DNA of 63,141 bases, taken from Dongiaceae bacterium. Its GTDB lineage: Bacteria > Desulfobacterota > Desulfuromonadia > Geobacterales > Pseudopelobacteraceae. The stretch is taken from assembly GCA_035571735.1 (NCBI GenBank), contig DATNCC010000174.1:1-63141 (forward strand). Reading direction: 5' to 3'. The translations under genes were made by a program, and so were the position numbers. Every line of letters starts with the position of its first letter. Position 1 is the first letter of the stretch. The notes beneath the pieces were generated by a model. It was not told the origin of the DNA. It saw only the letters and a list, made by a program, of their open reading frames with translations, and made no database searches. This document shows positions 58,214 to 63,141 of this stretch, one piece after another.

Positions 58214-58227
58214 TTGACTTCCATCAA
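58214..58227. promoter_or_regulatory. CRP/FNR-type box TTGACttccATCAA upstream of napD
   Basis: The box centre is about 28 bp upstream of a TATAAA hexamer (58248-58253). This is close to class II FNR promoter geometry. Confidence 0.6.
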
Positions 58228-58397
58228 TTTTATTTGCTCCCGAAGTGTATAAAAACAATTCCAGCAGAATATATGCGGTTATTGTGTAACCCGCGTTTGT
58301 TGTGCATCCTTAATTTGATGATACCCTTACACTGGCAGCTCAATATTCAGCCCCCCCTGCATGACATGATTAAAATACAGGCTTTACAGGAGTTCGT

Positions 58398-58631
58398 ATG
58401 CCGGTTTCAGGAATAGTAGTCCGCTGCCTTGATGGTTGCGCCGATGCCGTGGCGGGGCGGATTGCAGCGTTTGAAGGAGTTGAAGTGCATGGAGTTCTGC
58501 CGGATGGCCGGATAGTGGCCGTTGTTGAAGCCGATACGGTTCAAGGTGAGGTTGACATCGTTTCACGGCTCCATGAGGTTGAAGACGTCATCACAGTCCA
58601 TCTGGCCTACCACAATTTTGAGGACATCTAA
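58398..58631 (+). CDS. napD: NapD chaperone
   Basis: 77 aa: ISGIVV...G.EVHG....GRIVAVVEA......V..V..L..V..VI.V.L.YH. Immediately upstream of napA. Confidence 0.8.
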   Translation: MPVSGIVVRCLDGCADAVAGRIAAFEGVEVHGVLPDGRIVAVVEADTVQGEVDIVSRLHEVEDVITVHLAYHNFEDI

Positions 58632-58689
58632 TCATTGAGCAGCTTTGAGGCTGCTTTTCGGTATCACGACTACACACCAGGAGGAAGAA

Positions 58690-60999
58690 ATGGGACTTTC
58701 CAGACGGGATTTTCTGAAGGCTACCGCAGCTGCCGCGGCATTTGCCGCTGCCGGAGCAGCCGTATTGAAGCCGAAGGCATCCGAAGCGGCTGAGGCCGGG
58801 ATCAAGTGGGACAAAGCTCCCTGCCGTTTCTGCGGAACCGGTTGCGGCGTGCTGGTCGGGGTCAAGGAGGGCAAAATAGTCGCCACCAAGGGCGATCCGG
58901 CAGCCCCGGTTAACAGAGGGTTCAACTGCATCAAGGGATATTTCCTCTCCAAGATTCTCTATGGCAAGGACCGACTGACCAAACCGCTGATCCGCAAGGG
59001 AGACAAGATGGTTGAGGCTTCCTGGGACGAGGCCATGACCCTGATCGCAAGCAAGTTCAAGGAGGCCATCGAAAAGCATGGCCCCGATTCGGTTGCGATC
59101 TACGGTTCGGGACAGTGGACCGTCTTCGAGGGGTATGCCGCCAGCAAGCTTTTCAAGGGTGGAATCGGCACCAACAATATCGAGGTGAATGCGAGGCTCT
59201 GCATGGCGTCGGCTGTCACCGGCTTTATGACGACCTTTGCCAGTGACGAACCGATGGGATGTTATGACGATCTGGACCTGGGCGACACCTACTTTCTTTG
59301 GGGCGCCAATATGGCCGAATGCCATCCGGTGCTCTTCTCCCGCCTGATCGACAATCGCCTGAAAAACCCCAGGGTCAAGATCATCGATTTCGGCACCCGC
59401 CGTACCCGCACCTCCCAGATGGCTGACAAATACATCAAGTTCAAACCCCAGACCGACCTGGCGCTCCTCAATGCTATCGCCCATGTCATCGTCAGGGATA
59501 AGCTCTACGACGAAGCATTCATCAAGAGCCATGTCGTCTTCAAAAAGGGAAAGACCAACATCGGCTACGGCATGGAGGACAAGTTCAAGTTTGCCGACGA
59601 CCCCAAGCCGATGACCTTTGACGAATACAAGGAGTTTCTCAAAACCTACACCCCGGAATATGTTGCCGAATTGTCGGGGGTGCCGGCTGAAACAATCGTC
59701 GAAATGGCGCATCTCTACGCCGACAAGAGCCGCAAGGTCAACTCTCTCTGGACGATGGGTTTCAACCAGCATACCCGCGGCACCTGGGTCAACAACCTGG
59801 CCTACAACGTCCACCTCCTGACCGGCAAGATTTGCAAACCGGGAGAAAATCCGATGTCGCTGACCGGCCAGCCGTCAGCCTGCGGCACCACCCGCGAGGT
59901 CGGCACCTTTACCCATCGCCTGCCGGCCGACATGGTGGTTACCGATCCCGAACACCGCGCCAAGGCGGAAAAAATCTGGGGTATTCCGGCCGGCAAGATC
60001 CCGGCCAAACCGACCTATAATGCTACCGAAATGTTCCGCGCCCTCGACCGTGGCGACATCAAGGTCGTCTGGACCCAGGTCACCAACCCCTTCCAGTCGC
60101 TGCCGAACCTGAACCGCTACCGCAAAGGCGCCCGCAAGGGAGATGGGCGTTTTATCATTGTCTCCGACATGTACCCGACCCAAAGCACCGAAGTTGCGGA
60201 TGTGATTCTGCCGTCAGCCTCGTGGGTCGAGAAGGAGGGTGTTTTCGGTAACGCTGAGCGGCGTACCCACCAGTGGTACAAGATGGTGGAACCGCCCGGA
60301 GAAGCCAGGAACGACCTGTGGCAGATTATCGAGCTGGCCAGACGATTGGGGCATGGCAACCTCTTCCCCTACAAATATATAGAAAAAGAAATCTGGGAAG
60401 AGTACCGCAAATTCGGTGAGGGGCAAGGGAAGGATCTTGCTCCCTACGAAACCTACACCAAGACGCGCGGACTGCGCTGGCCGGTCGTGAACGGCAAGGA
60501 AACCCTCTACCGCTACGCCGAGGGGCATGACCCGTACGTCAAGACCGGTGAGGGAATCAAGTTCTACAAAAACAAGAAAGACGGCGGTAAGGCGGTCATC
60601 TGGGCACGCCCCTATGAACCTGCGGCAGAAGCCCCCGACAAACAGTATCCCTTCTGGCTTTGCACCGGGCGCGTCCTGGAACACTGGCACACCGGCACCA
60701 TGACCGGCCGGGTTCCCGAGCTCAAACGGGCGTACCCGTCGGCGGTCTGCGAGATGCATCCCGATGATGCCAAAAAACTCGGCATTGAGAATCTCCAGAA
60801 GGTCAAGATCACATCGCGGCGCGGCACTATCATCTTGCCGGTGGATCTTAATGGTCGTGGCAAGGCCGAAGAAGGCAACATCTTTGTAGCCTTTTTCGAT
60901 GAAAACAAGCTGATCAACGAACTGTGCATCGACGCATATTGCCCGATTTCCGGCGAGCCGGACTTTAAGAAATGCGCCGTCAAGGTGGAAAAAGTTTAA
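58690..60999 (+). CDS. napA: periplasmic nitrate reductase catalytic subunit
   Basis: Tat signal MGLSRRDFLKATAAAAAFAAAGA, N-terminal 4Fe-4S motif CRFCGTGCG...C, and a molybdopterin oxidoreductase body. Confidence 0.9.
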   Translation: MGLSRRDFLKATAAAAAFAAAGAAVLKPKASEAAEAGIKWDKAPCRFCGTGCGVLVGVKEGKIVATKGDPAAPVNRGFNCIKGYFLSKILYGKDRLTKPLIRKGDKMVEASWDEAMTLIASKFKEAIEKHGPDSVAIYGSGQWTVFEGYAASKLFKGGIGTNNIEVNARLCMASAVTGFMTTFASDEPMGCYDDLDLGDTYFLWGANMAECHPVLFSRLIDNRLKNPRVKIIDFGTRRTRTSQMADKYIKFKPQTDLALLNAIAHVIVRDKLYDEAFIKSHVVFKKGKTNIGYGMEDKFKFADDPKPMTFDEYKEFLKTYTPEYVAELSGVPAETIVEMAHLYADKSRKVNSLWTMGFNQHTRGTWVNNLAYNVHLLTGKICKPGENPMSLTGQPSACGTTREVGTFTHRLPADMVVTDPEHRAKAEKIWGIPAGKIPAKPTYNATEMFRALDRGDIKVVWTQVTNPFQSLPNLNRYRKGARKGDGRFIIVSDMYPTQSTEVADVILPSASWVEKEGVFGNAERRTHQWYKMVEPPGEARNDLWQIIELARRLGHGNLFPYKYIEKEIWEEYRKFGEGQGKDLAPYETYTKTRGLRWPVVNGKETLYRYAEGHDPYVKTGEGIKFYKNKKDGGKAVIWARPYEPAAEAPDKQYPFWLCTGRVLEHWHTGTMTGRVPELKRAYPSAVCEMHPDDAKKLGIENLQKVKITSRRGTIILPVDLNGRGKAEEGNIFVAFFDENKLINELCIDAYCPISGEPDFKKCAVKVEKV

Positions 61000-61042
61000 T
61001 TCCGGTTCCCGTAAATATAGTTTAATTCAAGGAGGTTTTCCC

Positions 61043-61345
61043 ATGAGAATGCTGCTCCGTTGCTGCGCAATAACGTCACTAATAGCAGCTCTGGCTCTCC
61101 CGTGCATCGTCAGTGCCGATGAATCGGAAAATTATGAAAAATACGCCCAACAAGCAGAGAGTACCCCGCCGATGATACCCCACCGCATCACGGATACATC
61201 TAATGGCATGTATTGCCTTGGTTGCCATCGAACCGGCCTGAACGGAGCCCCCGAGACGCCACACCCAGAGCGTCTGACCTGTACCGGATGTCACGGGCAA
61301 GGGGAAATCAAGGAGATAAAGCATGGCGAAAAGGGTAACAAGTAG
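61043..61345 (+). CDS. napB: diheme cytochrome c NapB
   Basis: Signal peptide, PPMIPHRI, CLGCH ... PHPERLTCTGCH. Confidence 0.8.
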   Translation: MRMLLRCCAITSLIAALALPCIVSADESENYEKYAQQAESTPPMIPHRITDTSNGMYCLGCHRTGLNGAPETPHPERLTCTGCHGQGEIKEIKHGEKGNK

Positions 61346-61758
61346 TGAACATCAGCCGTAAAGAGTTTTTCAGAAAAAGCCTGACGTCTCTTGGAGAGGC
61401 GATCTGCACGGTGAGCGATGCACTGAAAGCACCCGTCGCTCCCCCTCAGGATGTCCGTGAAACGGAAAATTTTACCGCGACCCCCAGCGAAGACCTCGTG
61501 GCGGCAGCCCATAACGACCGGTGTCTGGCTAAAAACAGCGGCTGTTTCTCCTGCATGGAGCGCTGCGAATTCGGGGCAATCAAGCTTATTCCTGGAGTTG
61601 GCGTCCGGATCAACCAGCAGCTCTGCACCGGTTGCGGAGCCTGCGAACATGTCTGCCCGGTAACCCCCAAGGCGATCAGGATGCAGGCTCGTACCATACA
61701 CACACCATCTGCCGATCACGCAGAACAACTAACAAAGAAAGGAATATCGACATGCTGA
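61345..61758 (+). CDS. 4Fe-4S dicluster ferredoxin-type protein (NapF-like)
   Basis: The GTG start overlaps the napB stop (TAGTG). Cys clusters CLAKNSGCFSCMERC and CTGCGACEHVCP. N-terminal SRKEFFRK resembles a vestigial twin-arginine motif. Confidence 0.65.
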   Translation: MNISRKEFFRKSLTSLGEAICTVSDALKAPVAPPQDVRETENFTATPSEDLVAAAHNDRCLAKNSGCFSCMERCEFGAIKLIPGVGVRINQQLCTGCGACEHVCPVTPKAIRMQARTIHTPSADHAEQLTKKGISTC

Positions 61759-63141
61759 AGAAAAAACTGGCCCTTGCTGCGGCCATCACCGGGGCGGTTG
61801 CCGTACTGTCAATCCCCGCCCTGACCACCGCCGTCAACAAGCCGGCCACCAAGCTGGCCAACGATGGCAGAGCAAAATGTTACGAATGCCACGACGAGGT
61901 CAAGGCGCTCAAGGAGGGCTCAAAGCACGCCAAGCTGGCCTGTACGGTCTGCCACGACAAGCTCGATGTTCACATGAAGGACCCGGAGAAGAACAAACCG
62001 GTGACGGTGATCGACCAGGCTTTGTGCGGCAAGTGCCACAAGAGCCAGTATGAAAGCTTCTTCAAGGTGAATTATGACGGCGGCGCCCGCAAGGAAAAGG
62101 GCACTCCTACCGGCCGCTCGCCGATGCAGGACAAACTGCTGGCCCCCTATGGCTTTACCTTTGAGCACAATGAACCGCGCGGTCACGCCTTCATGGTCAT
62201 CGACCAGTTTGCCGTCGATCGTTTCCAGGGTGGCCGTTTCCAGTTCAAGGACGGCTGGAGAGGCATCGAAAAAACCGGCAAGGTATGGGACGTGCTGGAG
62301 GACAAGGGGAAGGACTTCAAGCTGAAGGAAACCGCCATGGCCGGCAACCCGACCTGCATCCAGTGCAAAACTTCGGACCATATCCTGAAGTGGAAGTTCA
62401 TGGGTGACAAGGATCCCAAGGCCAAGTGGGACCGCACCTCCAACATCGTCGATGTCGCCAAGGACACCAACAACGCGGTCGGCTGCATCCACTGCCACGA
62501 CCCGCACGGCACCCAGCCGCGCGTGGTCCGTGACGGCCTGATCCAGGCGATCGAGCGGGACACCAAAAACAATATCTTCTCCAAGGACGGCAAGACCGAC
62601 CTGAAGGTGATCTCGTTCCGCGACGGCTTCCGCAAAATCGGCGTGATGCCGAAGACCGATTCCCGCATGATGTGCGCCCAGTGCCACGTGGAATACGCCT
62701 GTGGCGCCGGCACCCAGTGGAGCGACGGCAAGGCGGTCAAATATGACGACCAGCGCACCAACCACTTCCCGCTCAAGAACGTCCTGCAGCTGCTGAAGCA
62801 TTACAAGGATCTGGACTTCTTCGACTTCAAGCACGCCGTCACCGGAGCCCGTCTGGTCAAGTTCCAGCACCCTGAGGCCGAGACCTATGCCGGCAGCGTC
62901 CACGACAAGGCCGGTGTCCAGTGCCACCAGTGCCACATGCCCAAGATGAAGGGGAAAGACGGCAAGATGTTCTCGACCCACGGCGTGATCAAACCGAAGC
63001 AGAACGTCAAGGCCGCCTGTCTGGGATGCCATACCCATGCCAAGGACACCGTCGAGCAGAAACAGTATGAACTGGACTCCATCATCAACTACACCAAGGG
63101 CAAGATGCGCAAGGCGGAGTACTGGCTCGGCCAGTTGATTG
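61752..63141 (+). CDS. octaheme c-type cytochrome with CxxCK active-site motif (octaheme nitrite reductase-like), 3' end outside window
   Basis: Own translation from ATG 61752, which overlaps the upstream stop. The frame stays open to the window end. Motifs in order: CYECH, CTVCH, CGKCH, CIQCK, CIHCH, CAQCH, CHQCH, CLGCH. The ORF track omits it because the frame is not closed. Confidence 0.8.
   Translation, partial: MLKKKLALAAAITGAVAVLSIPALTTAVNKPATKLANDGRAKCYECHDEVKALKEGSKHAKLACTVCHDKLDVHMKDPEKNKPVTVIDQALCGKCHKSQYESFFKVNYDGGARKEKGTPTGRSPMQDKLLAPYGFTFEHNEPRGHAFMVIDQFAVDRFQGGRFQFKDGWRGIEKTGKVWDVLEDKGKDFKLKETAMAGNPTCIQCKTSDHILKWKFMGDKDPKAKWDRTSNIVDVAKDTNNAVGCIHCHDPHGTQPRVVRDGLIQAIERDTKNNIFSKDGKTDLKVISFRDGFRKIGVMPKTDSRMMCAQCHVEYACGAGTQWSDGKAVKYDDQRTNHFPLKNVLQLLKHYKDLDFFDFKHAVTGARLVKFQHPEAETYAGSVHDKAGVQCHQCHMPKMKGKDGKMFSTHGVIKPKQNVKAACLGCHTHAKDTVEQKQYELDSIINYTKGKMRKAEYWLGQLI

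Noticed and set aside
58591-59814. 407-aa minus-strand ORF across the napD/napA region
   Set aside because: It is a shadow ORF of napA. The plus frame has the Tat signal, Fe-S motif and molybdopterin enzyme body.
61920-63038. 372-aa minus-strand ORF at the window end
   Set aside because: It is antisense to an open plus-strand frame that carries eight heme motifs and starts with translational coupling at 61752. The track omits the plus ORF only because it has no stop inside the window.
1-63141. CRISPR arrays, IS elements, prophage or integrase genes, rRNA
   Set aside because: I saw no regularly spaced short repeats, no transposase, integrase or phage-like ORFs, and no rRNA-like sequence on either strand.

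Overview
This 63 kb window looks like ordinary chromosome from an anaerobic, cytochrome-rich Deltaproteobacteria/Desulfuromonadales-like organism. That placement is inferred from gene content only: many CxxCH cytochromes, a c7-type triheme, MglAB and B12-radical SAM enzymes. I found no homology to check against and ran no searches, so all product names come from motifs I recognise by eye. Coding density is high on both strands. I call about 60 CDS, 2 tRNAs (Arg-ACG, Ser-GCT), one cobalamin riboswitch, several intrinsic terminators and a few sigma70-like promoters. I saw no CRISPR array, transposase, integrase or rRNA. Housekeeping genes include cobT/cobU, slyX, uppP, tpx, hflX, fabI, ubiE, polA, rnhA, plsC, lpxH, mglBA and copA. 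Two regions stand out. (1) 1.5-7.6 kb carries a chemoreceptor followed by a three-gene putative extracellular electron-transfer module: a small monoheme cytochrome, a porin-sized outer-membrane protein with its own N-terminal CxxCH (fused cytochrome-porin, Cyc2-like architecture), and a decaheme lipoprotein. (2) 48.7-63.1 kb is a nitrate/c-di-GMP locus. It encodes a GGDEF sensor, an HD-GYP protein, a NIT-domain chemoreceptor, an EAL-HDOD protein, and napD-napA-napB-napF-like followed by an octaheme CxxCK nitrite-reductase-like cytochrome. Three near-identical CRP/FNR-type boxes (AAATTGAC-N4-RTCAA) link these units. A 770-bp AT-rich intergenic region in this locus holds twin TGTCCC-N5-GGGACATA palindromes, an unassigned GC-rich island and a tandem ~62-nt direct repeat. 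Smaller observations include a CdaA-YbbR single-polypeptide fusion with C8/T8 homopolymers at the junction, a repeat-flanked in-frame insertion in polA, tandem PAP2 paralogues after copA, and two B12-radical SAM genes in uncharacterised contexts.
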